From the NCBI GenBank assembly GCA_976226885.1, contig OZ320319.1:35836001-35900000 (forward strand): a stretch of DNA of 64,000 bases. Reading direction: 5' to 3'. The notes beneath the pieces were generated by a model, which was not told where the DNA came from, searched no databases, and was given only the letters and a program-made list of their open reading frames with translations. The translations under genes and the position numbers were made by a program. Of the stretch, positions 25,482 through 38,700 are shown in pieces. How positions within the stretch are numbered: the stretch's first letter is position 1; the number at the start of each line of letters is the position of its first letter. Source of the DNA: Iphione sp. A-MEVVRFRX5 (Eukaryota).

Positions 25482-27657
25482 TTATACATAATTGTGTGGA
25501 GTCTTTACTTATACATGTATTATACTCTATCGTTTTTGTAAGATATAGTGCCCATTGCTAGGGTCATGCATTGTACTTTCTATTTTTTATTTTCCCATCC
25601 ATATAATTGGAAATTGCAGTTCACGTTGAAAGTTTCGTGTCGTATCACAATTTTATCCCTGTCTGGCTGAAAATCAGACCTGAAAAAGATCAAGAAGAGC
25701 TAATATAAACAGACGTTTGGTATGAAAGTGGTATGAGTCACCGACAGGTAAATAGAAATATTTATAACCGTGTGAAGTAACATAAAGATTTTCTCAAATA
25801 TGCCCATCTGTACGTTTGAATTTGTCAAGTAGCTATCAACGGTATACATATACATGTATCGGCATAAAGACGTACTCAGGCAGCAGCCTCGTGCATTTTT
25901 CACCAAGCACTTTCAGCACCTGTGTCCAGCACTGGAACTGAGGCCAGTCTCAAGGCGTCGTGTCACATTGACGTTACCCTCAAGGGTGCTTTTCTGCTGC
26001 TAGTGGGTGGCCTGGCTCTTGCAGCGTACACCAGGGCAGCACCACCTTGTGCACCGACCCCTCTACCACCAGGCTGTCTCATCCAGCTCCCCAGCGCCCT
26101 CCCCACGCTTCCTGCCTGCCCACCTGGCCGCAGCTAATGGCAAACCTTGATTGGACAAGCTTGTCTCTCACACCTGGCGAGCGAAAATAGGGGCAGCCGA
26201 GGTGTCGCCAGACACCGGAGCTTTCCGCTGGGGGAGGCGTGAAACGGCCGCTGCCGTCAGGGGGCAGGAAGGTGAGGCGAGATGAAGAGCTTTCCTCTGT
26301 CCTTCCCGTATGGGCATCCATAGAGTGCGCCCCCCTACCACCCACCCCCTCCCCCTTACAAGCGAGCGAGTACCTTCCGCATCTCAACCCCAAGCACCAC
26401 TTTTGACAACCTATCTACCGCCGCCGACAGTCATATGAATAGCCTTCTCCACCAAACGTCTAGAATATCAAGTTAATGTGAATCAGGGATGTTATATTTA
26501 AATCCGCGATACGTTTTCAAGGTTACTTGTACTTCTACATACGACTTCAAATGACAGGCCGGTGTATGAAATGGATCTTACACCAGTGCTGAACGGTTTT
26601 TATATTCACCATGGTATAAACTGATTACCTATCATTTCCAATTGCCGACAAACAGAATAAACTTCTCGTATACATTTACATTACTTTCTGTATCCTTTTT
26701 ACAGGATGAGCTACGTGGAAAAAAATATTCATAAATGTGACTTACCGAGACGCTAACCTACACTGGCCAATTTTAATCTGTGACATCTAGCGAGGGCGTG
26801 GCTCTCTACCAGATTGCTTCATATTGGGGAGCTGGGGAAGAGGCTTTTGTATAGGAGTGGGTGGAAGGAGTTTGAACTGGCCCATTTCATGGTCCATCGG
26901 GTGCGCTGACAGTACTAGGCAGGCCTGTCCCTGACTTTAGGAGAGGAGTACTGTGACAGCTGGTCACGTGGAAGTGATATACACCTGGCAAGGTAAGCTT
27001 TCCTCGGAGGTCAGGGGCATGTATGTCCTTGAGGGAGTATAGTGTTAGAGAGTTTGGCTTCTAAAGAGAGCGTTTAAAAAGTCAATAACAGTGTCATCCC
27101 TCTTATACACGTAAATACATGACGATGCAAAACCTAATCGGCTTTTTTTTACCCATTATGTTATCCCGTAATACATGTTCAATTCGTGGGTTTCAGTTAG
27201 TCTTGAGCTGTTTTCCTTTTAGACAGTACACCTTGCAGTAGAATCAAAAGCTCCATTTTTGAAGTTTTAAGTGGCATTTGAAGGAGAGCGTATTGTGTGG
27301 CTGCTTGACATTTGGATTCATTGCTCTTTGTTTACTGAGATATCCGCCCGCCCTGTCCTTCGTCCAGGTAACGGCGACCCACCTTGCAGGTGGTATCCTG
27401 GCTAGGAGAGCGTAGGTTTCTGCTTTTGGCATCGGGACAACGGGTACTTATTCTGGGAGACCCAGGTACAGCAGATATTATTGGCGGCACAGGTGACTCC
27501 TTCTTCTGTTGTTGCCAGACTGTAGTCTCAAAAGCTAATCGGGCCGAAGTGTCAGGTATGGGAATGGATAAGAAGCCCCTGCTCAGGTGTAAATGTTTTC
27601 TTGAGTTGCTCTTTTATGACACCTGTCATGAACAGCAGCAGGGATCTGCTGAACCCA

Positions 27658-27792
27658 NNNNNNNNNNNNNNNNNNNNNNNNNNNNNNNNNNNNNNNNNNN
27701 NNNNNNNNNNNNNNNNNNNNNNNNNNNNNNNNNNNNNNNNNNNNNNNNNNNNNNNNNNNNNNNNNNNNNNNNNNNNNNNNNNNNNNNNNNNN
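27658..27792. other. Assembly gap
   Basis: Run of N. Confidence 0.95.
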
Positions 27793-30700
27793 TTACACAT
27801 TTTGTCCCACTATTCTTTAAAAATATATGATTCACATTCTCATACTCGATCTCTGATTTGAAGTTTCTTCTGTGCTGAGAAAGTAACGTACAAAGAGTGC
27901 ACGAAATGTGAACTCCCTCGTTAGCCGTCATACCGTACCTATCCATGTACTTGTGTACATCCACAGCCAAATACACATCGAGAGAGACATTTTTAGACGA
28001 CTGCGGTATTTGCGGCCTGCCAGTTGAAGAGAAGTACTGACTGCCGCCAAGTTAATTGTTTGACGAGTCCAACTCGTGCTGCCACATGATAATGCCCCAA
28101 TCGGTCTCAGGTCAATATTGTGAAGTAAAACAACCATCAATAAGGCGGAGAGCGCCGCTTTGGCCGACCACCTAAGGATCACTCACCTTCGCCTGACAAA
28201 GCCATTAGTGAACCTGTGTACCGAACACTCTTAACCCCTCAAGCCGGGGTCAACAAATGCCTCGTTTCTTTGTAACATAATTACTTTGGGAACATTTTGG
28301 TGTTCCGTAGAATGTTGTAGTAGGAAATTGGATGCCGTCTAGAAATCAACATATGCATCGTTTGGATTTTCGCCATTCATCTTACGACAATAGAGGGAAT
28401 ATCATTGCTTCGTCTCCCCTTCTTAACCTCCGGTAGGATGCCCTTACCTCACACATTGTGCTACACCCACACACGTACGTATTACTCCTGTATGGGACAG
28501 GAAGGGTTAAGTTGATGGGGCATCACCTGGATGTGTCGGACTTCTCACAAATATTGACCAGTCACGTGACTCTCAGAGACGATGCGGTGGCGCCTGTAAG
28601 CGTCAGGTGGGGTCGTTCCCACGTGGCGCCAAGTTGGCAGCGCCTTTGTTTCCACTCACAATTATTAGTCATTTAACAGTCTCCTCCAGCGGTGTCTCTT
28701 AACCCTCTTTGGTCGCGTGTAGTGTACTACAAGTTTAGGACTGGCGGAGGCTTTTGCTACTATCGTTCATATACTCATATGAATTCCTTTTTTGTGCATC
28801 AGCGTGTGTCTTGTTCTATGTTCATATTTCTATTTGCATGGCTTCCTCTGTCTGTCTCGCTGACTGTCTATCGGTGTTAACTTCGTGTTGATCTGCCTCT
28901 CTACGTGTACCTGTCTTTTGTCCGTAAAAATATCGGGTTGAGAATTTGTTTCCCTTATGCTACAGTGCACAGTCTACGTGTATTTATCTTCATCATTGTA
29001 CACACATTTCATACATGTATATCTTTTATTTCTCCCAGTCGCGTTGTCGTGTCCACCATTCTACACCCCATTTATTGTTTTTGTATGTTAGTTTTTTCCC
29101 CTTTTCCGGAAGTTATTCCGACAGAATAGGCCTCGTCCGTTGATACTGTAGGGCTCAGATCGCATGGTTAAAGCTTGTCCACAGTGCTCCGCAGACGCTG
29201 CCGCACTCTTCCCAGCGCCTCTTCCTATTTAACCCATTAGGATCTTCCTTGTCCACTCCGATCGGGGCTCCGTGGCAAGGAGGAGCGATCACGACCAGAA
29301 TTAAAGGTGATGTGAGCGAGCGGTCAGTTGGCCCGTGGTGACGTCACTAATGAGGTCCCGGCCGCGGCCGTCCGTGACCCGGCCACGCAACGGCGGCGGG
29401 GAGCACATTTCCCATGACACATCCCTCAGCTCTGATCAAAGGGCGCCCGTTCTCGCGACACAAGCCCAAATTGGACCGAGGTCGCAGCGGTCGCGGCGCG
29501 ATTTGCTGAGTCATTGTTTCCATTTTCCACTTGGCTCGGCCCAATGAAGACCTTAGCTTACCTAGGTTAGACGTGATCGAAGTGTGGCCCCGAGCAGTTC
29601 CCTTGGTAACCGGCGGCCGCCGCGACACCACACGCGTGGACGCCATAATTTGGTTTGGCCGAATCGGCGCACGCGCTCTTAGCTGCCACCCGGCACTGTT
29701 GTGTTACAGATTGGAGTAAATGAAGTCAAAATATTACATCACGGTTTGACCTTCTGTCCACTGCCTTCCAGGTAGGAGGGCCACGTAGCTACGAGGGTGG
29801 CCTCGCTTCGCCAATGGCTAATGTAAAGTGAAGGTCCATAGTTCTGAGAGACCCCCTTTTATAGGTATACAGGATTCGGTCAAACCTGTTTCCATGCAAA
29901 TGTTTCGAAATATGGACAGAACCCTCTATAAACAAAGAGAAGGCCTCCCTCAGGTTAGAGATTTTTTTTAATGCTGACAAATGTTTACATTTCATCAAGT
30001 TGCAACAAGCTGAACTCTGACACGTGGACTGTTCGTCGACATGTATCTGTAACTAACAAAAATATGTCGCACCAAAAAGAATTAAAGTTTCGCTAGGCAC
30101 TGTTATAACGCCATATTTTTTCCCCCTTTTCTGACGCTATATTGGACCATCTACCCATGAAAATGTGTTATTTCTGAGACATTCTTGTTACTGTCATACT
30201 GAAACAGATTCTTTTAGCCGCCAGCAATGGGTCAACTGCTAACCTTATGACAGAACTTGAACATTAATTCACTTGTAACTCTATGGTCTTTGACTTTTAC
30301 ATATAAAATACTTTTCATCGGGTTGCACAATTGCGTACGAGTATTTTGTTGACAGAAGTTAAAGTGGAGTGTTGTATCGCCTTGGTTTTCCCGTCCGGTA
30401 AAAAAATCTTATACCCAGTCTGTCCGCTACTTTAGAACGTACAAGTTACTGAAACTATATACATCCAGATTCTCTTTACCCTGTCGTGCGAGACGCCGAC
30501 GGAAAACGTGAGGTATGATGGGAGACGCAAGCTTGGTGGCGACAGACCATTGGTGTTTTTTCGTCCCACATCGCCCACTGGGTAAGCGGGCGTTGTGTCA
30601 ATACACACATGCTGATTGTTAAAGATAAACACACTAAAGTAGATAGTCCACACTCTGAAATCTCTCCAGCCACCATCCACGCCTGCCATATACTTCACTG

Positions 30701-32044
30701 GCAAACAGATGGCGGTATATATAAGCTAACCTGTCCACTTTTACGCGCCTGCCGTCCTTCATCGGTCCTTCTCTTTCCATCGCTTTGTTTTCCTTCCCCG
30801 TTCTTTTTATCAATGCTTGTTCAAAAAGGCTTTGATAAAAACGCGCCACAACACCGACTTGTGAAGTCGAAGCGTTTCTGTAGTGACAGCGTGTGGCAGC
30901 TGAGAAAATAGTCCTGGTTTCACGTGATGTGCTGCGCCCGTGAAGCGATATAGATGAGAAGTAGTACTTTGGCACCAGAACGGCTTTTAAAGACATTAAG
31001 TTCTGACTAACTGATGCCGGCACATCCCCAGTTCTTATTGTATGTTTGTCCTGGTAATGTGGAGAAAGTGAAAACAATGCATCTAATTGTTAATACCGTC
31101 TGTAATCGTTTGGTTCCGAAAGGCACAGTGGAGATTATTTAGGACCACTCTTACATTTTTTTTGTAAATTATCTGGCATTAATTCTCTTCTTAAGGTCTT
31201 CGTATCAAAACAGAAGAATCAAAGTTGTGTAAAAAAAGACTTTACTACAGTCATTTTTAATTCATTCATATATTTTTCACGTTGTGTATATGCAGTCTAC
31301 TTTGTTTAAAGGAATATAATAGTGTCACGTATGTAGCCTTTTAATGTGACGTGTCATATATTCTCACTCACCATGTGTGTTTTTCCCATCCGAATTGAAA
31401 GAGGAAATGGAATTGGATGTAAATTTGGACGGAAAGAAACATTCATAGCTTTAAGGATATCAGGTCGTGGAATCAACTTTCTTTTTAAATTACTAATAAA
31501 CATACATTTTTCATGTAAATCATGTATAACTTTTAATTGGGCATTTTCTTCAGTATTCAGTACGTGTAGTTCAATTTGTTACAAAGCTCATACTTGAACA
31601 TACATTGCATATCATTAATACACATCAGGCACAGTGTGAGAGTTCCTGTACATTTGGCTATCTCAGTTTAGACCGTGTTAATTGGACGTGGTTCTTATCA
31701 ACATAGCCATGTTATTTCCTAGAAAGCCAGACGTAGAACGATCGACTAATCAGAAGCACGTAGAGCAGTAACAGACAGGCTGGCTGGTGTTATGGTAGTC
31801 GATCATGATGCAATAATATGTCCACACATGACCCAACCACACTTCTTCTGAGTGGAGACTTGGGGCATGTCGACTCGCTGAATCACAGACCACGCTAGAT
31901 GATGCCTGAACCCCAGCCTTAGTTCAAAGGAGCCGTAGCACGTCTACGTCCCCGACACTGGGCTCCCGTCACACCCCTATTTCTCTCTGATCAGCTGATT
32001 TCTTCCTCCCTCGTGCGCTCCCTATCTGCATCTTGATCACCGCC

Positions 32045-32342
32045 GTTGCTATGGCGACCAGTTTGGAGCAGCTCCCAGGGATGCTTGGCGTATGATTAAT
32101 TTAGCTGATAATTCGCTCCAACCTGCTCATTGTGTTAGCCCACCGGTGAGGTTTGTGGTGGGGGGAGGAGGTGCTTGACTAGTCTTGGGCCGACGAGGTA
32201 AATATTGTTATAGGCGGAGCCACCAGATGCATCGGAACGTGAGTTAGAGTTAGAGAAGAGAAGGCGGGCTTTGGAAGGGTTGCCATGGAAATCACCTTGA
32301 CAACGTGATTAGCTGATCTCTAAAGGGACACCTAGTCCATAG

Positions 32343-32378
<36 letters not shown>

Positions 32379-32798
32379 CGCAAGTATAGAACGCGAATGT
32401 GGTCATTCCAGTTGAGTGCGGGCACAGCGTTCTTTATACAGCAGCGGGGTGAAGCAAGTCGCCTGGTCATATTGGGTGGAAGTTGTAGCAGGCCAACCCG
32501 TAGGTGTGTACGTGAACCTTATCAGGTACACGACAGTCGGAAATCGTTGTAGTACATTCAAGTTGTCACCCCCATGTCACTATTTCTTGGTTGGAAATAA
32601 ACAGAATTCATTCAATCATTGAATCAATTGTGTGCGATGAGCCGTGCAAATGCTCATTGGAAAAAAAATATTGTACGGCATGAACACTTGTCCTCAGATG
32701 GAGGTACTTTTTTAACACCCTTTTAGTACAGGTCGTCACTCCGGCCACTGAGGGGGGGGGGGTAACCATGGCAATGGCCTGTACATCTCCATGGTGAC
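32045..32798. promoter_or_regulatory. Homotypic RFX X-box cluster
   Basis: GTTGCTATGGCGAC (32045), GTTGCCATGGAAAT (32279), ATCACCTTGACAAC (32291), GTAACCATGGCAAT (32762), ATCTCCATGGTGAC (32785). Confidence 0.55.
32345..32376. repeat. (AC)16 microsatellite
   Basis: Directly visible. Confidence 0.95.
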
Positions 32799-35700
32799 CG
32801 CTGCTGGCAGTGAGCAGTACACCTGACTCATGGCCGAAGTGGAGGTGGTGGTGGTTGTGAGCAGGGGATGGGCCGCGGGTAATGGTTGAGGGGGATCAGG
32901 TGGATAAGACGTACGATCCCTGTGTGGGCCAGCAAGTAGCCGGCTGCCGCGCCGGCCGAAGGAGAAAGGGGGAGGGGGTGGGTAGAGCTTGAGATCCACT
33001 GATTGTTGGGATCGGGGAGAGGTTCAGCTGTGTTACCAATGACCATTGAATTACCATGTTCCCTTGCTGACGGATCTGGGACCAGAGAGAGAGAGAGTGT
33101 GTTGAATTGGGGAAGAAATAGTACCACATTTGATGAAATTTGTGTACATAATGCCTCCACTACTATTTGATGAGAACATTTTACATAATGCTATTTATTT
33201 GGGCTTTTCTGTTTGCTCTGATTTATTACTAACTACGCCATGCTCTTCTCTATGGAGCCCTCATCACTGAGACCAACTTCGCGCAACGTATCTGTTTCCA
33301 TATTGTCATCACAGTTCTGGCCCTCTGGCCGGCGAGCAGTGTTGACAACGCACTTTTTATGTACTACTTACTCTCGGCCGATGGTCTCGCGGTCGGTGCC
33401 CGCGTCCGGCTGGTTCTACCCACCTCCATAAACAGCGTTAGAATAGCATCTGTGGCGCTGTACCTTGTTACACCGTGACACATAATATTAACACGAGAGG
33501 TATAGAGAGAGTCGCTGCCAATGGAGCGCCCGAACCAGGACAGTGAGGTGGGGCTGTTTGGTGTTGCCGTGATCGGTTTCGGATTGGATGGACTATTAGA
33601 TGGCGCATTCAGGCACGCCCTGGAGCAATACCCTGCTCCTCCTCCTCCTTCTACTCCTCTGGCCCCGTGCTGCACCCACCCACCAAGGGGGCAGCCAGAT
33701 GGCGGCGATTTCCAAGGGCGGCGCATATTATATCACATCGCCTGATTTATGTCCGCCTAATCTGTTCATTATACCGCCAACGCCGCCCGCCGGACAGCAA
33801 GTGTTAGGCTGGGGATGGTAAGCGACCGACCCCTCCCTTGCTCGCCCCCCTCCCACCTGCAAGAGGCGTTGGGGTGGAGAGTTGAGGGTGATCAAGTACA
33901 TCGCTGTTATTCAGGGGAGGGTTCAAGGCCTCCGCCCAGTGCCGGTCAAACGGCCAGGTTTGGGTGATAACGGAATGGATCTAGGCAAGGTCCTCTATGA
34001 AAAGGTCATTGGAATCCTTCTATGAGGCCAAATGCAATCAGGGAAATGGCGCTTAACCCAACGCCGCAGGCATTAAGGTCTCCTTCCAGATACAAAGTGC
34101 GACACTTGCACGACAGGGTGGCGCTGATTTATGCCTAACAGTTCTGGAAAATTGGAGGTTAGCTTGAATTTTAAAACGTTTACGTTTTTATAGCGGATCG
34201 TAAGATGGAGTCAATGAGAACGGATGTGACAGAAGAGAAACAGTTTAGCTCCCCACTTCCATTCCTTTCTTAGCGTACGCTCGTAATTAGCTTTTAGCAT
34301 GAACTTTGGCCAAGTAATAGTGATATGCCTCATAGATAATATCTGGATTAGATAAAATAGAAGTCATTCAGGTGTTAGTTTTGGTGGTCATGTGGAAAGC
34401 TTCCAGATATCTTGGTAAACCAGCCTAGCCATTTTTGGTACATTGGCACATTTATTTGTGTGTTCATTCATTCAAAAGAACTGTAAGTATGTGTATCGCA
34501 TAGCACGAAGGGATCGAAACACGCCCAGACTTCCCATTTAGATAAAATTTCACAAAATTTATTATGTCCGATTTAGCAGTATTCGTGTTATATCCTATCA
34601 TTGTGGACATGTACACCCTGGCTCCTGCTCGTTTGTGTAATCCTACCTACCACTCCCAGCTCCCGCCAGTATCAGTGAATGTGCTTTCATCATTCCAAAG
34701 GCGTAACGACGCCATCTTGCTAGTGGAGAAAGTGTTAAGTCAGAGGTAGCCAATCCCATTAGGCCAAGGGGCCACAGATTTGGCTGGCGTATTTGCGACA
34801 GGGTGCTGCCACTTCCAGCCGAACACCTTTGATGATCACTGCAGCGCCCAGATGGAGCCACCTTACACAATGGCATTCACGTGGTTGCGCAACGCATGCG
34901 AAGTCCAGAGCGCCGCCGTGAGGATTTGGCGGAAAGATGGGTGGTGGTGCAAGTAGTGAATGGTTGGAAGGGATCAATAGATGTCTGCATCTAGTCTGCT
35001 CTGGACATAAAGGGCGCTGGGATTCGGATGATACCACACACAAGACTCCGATCTGCTGAATGGGAAAACGATCGCCCAGCGACTGCAAGTCGCCAAGAAT
35101 GCTAATGAATGCCTATTAACTGTAACAATTGCTGTCCGTTGATACATCGAGTAAAGCGATCTCGATGAAGACAAAAGACACCGAGATGAAAAGATCGAAA
35201 TTCCCGGAATCAAATCATGTGGAAATGATCAGAGTATTGCTGCCAGCACGCCACACCACGAGTATCCGCCCTAGGACGTCCCCACCTTCCTCTTTACACG
35301 TCCCCACCACTGTCCCACTGCAGAGATGGCGAGCCTTTCCCTGCCGCACACGTGTAAACGCGGCAGCTTGTTATCTCACGGAAATTGCCTGCCGGCCGTT
35401 TCTAATCCCTGTTAACATGGGCATGAGCCGGCCGACATTGTGGCCGTTAGAGCCTCTGCGAGTTACTCGACGACTGATATACGTGTCGGTTGCAGCATGC
35501 CGACTCACCATAACGTTTGGGGACGTTTGGGAGGAGGGGGATGAGAGTAGGAGGAGGTGGGGTGGGTGTCAGCCAGTCGATGATAAGTCCGCATCCCGTT
35601 GTACCACCTGCGCCTTGTCCTATCGCCCCTCCGGTCATATATGGCTGTTTGGAATGCGGTAAGAAAGGAATAAAGCTGGACTGGCTACAGAAACAGCTTG

Positions 35701-38700
35701 TTTTGCAGCGAGCAACGTGTAGAGAAGATTAGAATATCCAAGGATGCTTCCCGTTTTCATATGCTGGTACCAGTTCAGCACTCATGAAACTATGCGCGTG
35801 AAATGAATGATGGGCTATATGATACTTCCTTCCAGAGTCACTGTCATTTGGTTGTTTTATTTCAACATTGATGGAGAAGAATATGTGCCTGTTTGTGTCA
35901 CCTGAATGCTAAGGTGGCTCTGGACATAGCCAGCTGCAGGTGACACTTTATTCCCAGGAATGATTTATCCTTATGAACATCTATGTGTCCTTTCATAGCT
36001 AAATCTAGTCGCATATTAAAATCCTTGATCTGTAAAACACCTTTCCATCTTGAAAGTACGTTTCTTATCTGATAAATATTAACTTAAGTGATTGCGAATA
36101 GGAACCTGGTTCTAAGATTAACTAACTAAATGCCCCATGGAACTTGCAAAAATGGACCGTCCGCCCTCGCCTATGGCTAGCTGCTGTTCAGCTACTGTGT
36201 CGACTTGTCGCCCTTTCGGCCACGACACTGTTTACCGCCTATAGGACTGACGGCACCACACCGAAGCCAGAGACTGCCTGGTATTGATTCTTGAACGGGT
36301 TACGGCATTTTGTTGGGTTATTTTGGCATTTTGTGGTTTTAGCGTAATGTCTCGGCGGCAGGTGGGGAAGGGAAAGGAGGACAGGCTTCGAATGTGCTGT
36401 AATGGTGCGTTCTCTTGACACTTTCCCTATACTACTACCAATCAATTTTTGTTATGCTGACCGCTCGTATTCATCTTCTTCTTTTGTATCTGTTCCCCTC
36501 TATTTGCATGAATATTTAATTATGGAAATACATATATGTGAAATGATTTGTATTGTAGATTACTTGTACACATGGAGAAAGTGTTCTTATCTGCTACTGA
36601 TCATTCGACCGACTATTGACCGGATGACAACTCTCGAGCTACCCATTTTGAAAACAGACCTCCCTATTGACCTCAATGAAGGACCTGCTCTGCAACCTGT
36701 ATGTTTTACAACAGCCGCAATGTTCGGTACACAGAGCTTCCCAAGTGATGCTAAAGGTAGCTCCCGTCCTCAATATTCACCGCTGTGAATTCAGTTTCAG
36801 ATCCTGACATGTGGTAAATGATCAATGCCTCACTGTCATTGTGGAGACACCGACAAAAATCGACTCACTATCAACTCTTAAGGAACAGACCTCTAAGAGG
36901 GCAGTGCATAGTGGTGAAGGTAATACGGGAGGAGCATTTTAAAAACCTCCAACTGTGCAGATCGATTGCACAGGTTGGGAGTATAAATATTTGTCTTGAT
37001 GGCGGCGGCGGCGCAGAACAAAGCAGTGTAATCCAATCGGGAGGGTTATCCAATTAAGCCTGATAGGTCTCGATTTGCTGAGTTGATTAAAAGCCTAGCA
37101 GGGGTTAAGCCCTAGTCCAGCCGACCGGCCGCGTTATGCACCGGTCAATAGAGGAGTGGACGCTGGGGAGGGGGCGGCTGGAAGCACGCGTGGGTCTGGA
37201 GGGGATGAGAGACACGTGGAGAGGGGGCCCTTGGGGGCCTCCAGTGGCCTGACACTACCCGCCGCCAGCCGCCACTCCGGCCACTGCTGCACTTGGTGCT
37301 GGCTGCGGCCCGGCTGCTCTTATTGGCATTCAGGACTCAGGTGGTGCCGCCGACGAAACGCAGAAATCAATCGCGTGGCTCACTTATCGCATACCAAAGC
37401 CGTGCCGCCGTGTTTACCGAGCACACCTTGACGGATCCCCCTCCGGCCCGCCCGCCCACCTGTCCTTCCCACGGCAGCCCTCTCCACCACCGCCCCACCG
37501 CTCTCCTTCCCATCCTCATGAGCGTCACCTTCGTCTTGTGTTTCTCCGAGTCAGCGGGGGGTGCACCACTGTAATTGTTTGCTTTGCACTAGAGGGCGCG
37601 GCCGTGCCCGCCTCGAGTGGTTCCCCACGTGCTGAGGCAGCGGGCAATGGCGGCAGATGAACCTGCGCAGGAATGCAATACTTCTCCGCGCAAATGTTTG
37701 CAGGCGTATTATTTTCGACCGCAAATGTGATTGATTTAGCACACGTAGCCGGCGCAAATATTGAATTCTCCTGCCAGTCGCTACTACGGCGCATCTGAAC
37801 AATAGCAGTGTGTCAAGTTATTTTTTTGCAGCGACGTTTCATTCTTCCGAGTTGGCAGTGTTTGTGTACTACATTGAAGCTTGTTACATGTTGTACACAC
37901 GGCATTCAACCGAGTTTGTCTTCTCATGTTTCTTCTGAAGATAGTTGTAGGACGAAGGGTGATGGAAATGCTGGTCTTCCTTTTATTTGCGAGGGTAGCT
38001 GGTCTTCACAAGGGATACTCGATGGCGCCACATTGCCTTTCAGGTTTATTCTTAGCTCATTAGTGCCCAACGTGAACAGATGAGGGACCCATCAATTACA
38101 TAGTTATTGGGGAGCGTTGCTTTTTGTGTTACAAAAGGTTCTTTGCGTCAAAACCCTGTGTATCTACAGCAGGTAGTACAATAATGTAGTAACTAGTATT
38201 TTAACGATCTTTACATGTATGCATTATAGTGGGACAATACTGTACGTTACATTAAAAGACATGTCTCAAAACACCATTTGTTATTTAGCCTGTAGTCGTC
38301 CTATATTGGTTGCTTATTAGAGTCGCATCCCTGGCTCGTGCCGAAACTATAGTCATATTTACCACCTGGCTTCTGTCTGGTGGCTTTGCTGAGGGCCATA
38401 TGTACCAGGCCATAGGAGGACGTCAATTGTTGGTTTCATTACCTTCATTCATCAGCTATAGAAATGACTGAATTTCGTCCCCACGGCGTTCCCTTGTTGA
38501 TTACTGCTCACTGTGCTTTGGGCGGCCTACCTTGATTTGTCATGGCTGCATGTGTACAACGTACAAGTACTTTTCTGTGACAAGCTCTTCCCAGCGCTAT
38601 GCACCTGTCGGTGCCATGGTGAATTTGTCCAGCCTTCAATAGGGACTCGTTGATTCATGCCGTGTGTTGTACCTGTATGCAAGCTGCCTCCAGATTATAT

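Noticed and set aside
28231-28510. TTAACCC...GGGTTAA piggyBac-like ends
   Set aside because: Similarity does not extend beyond about 6 bp of TIR.
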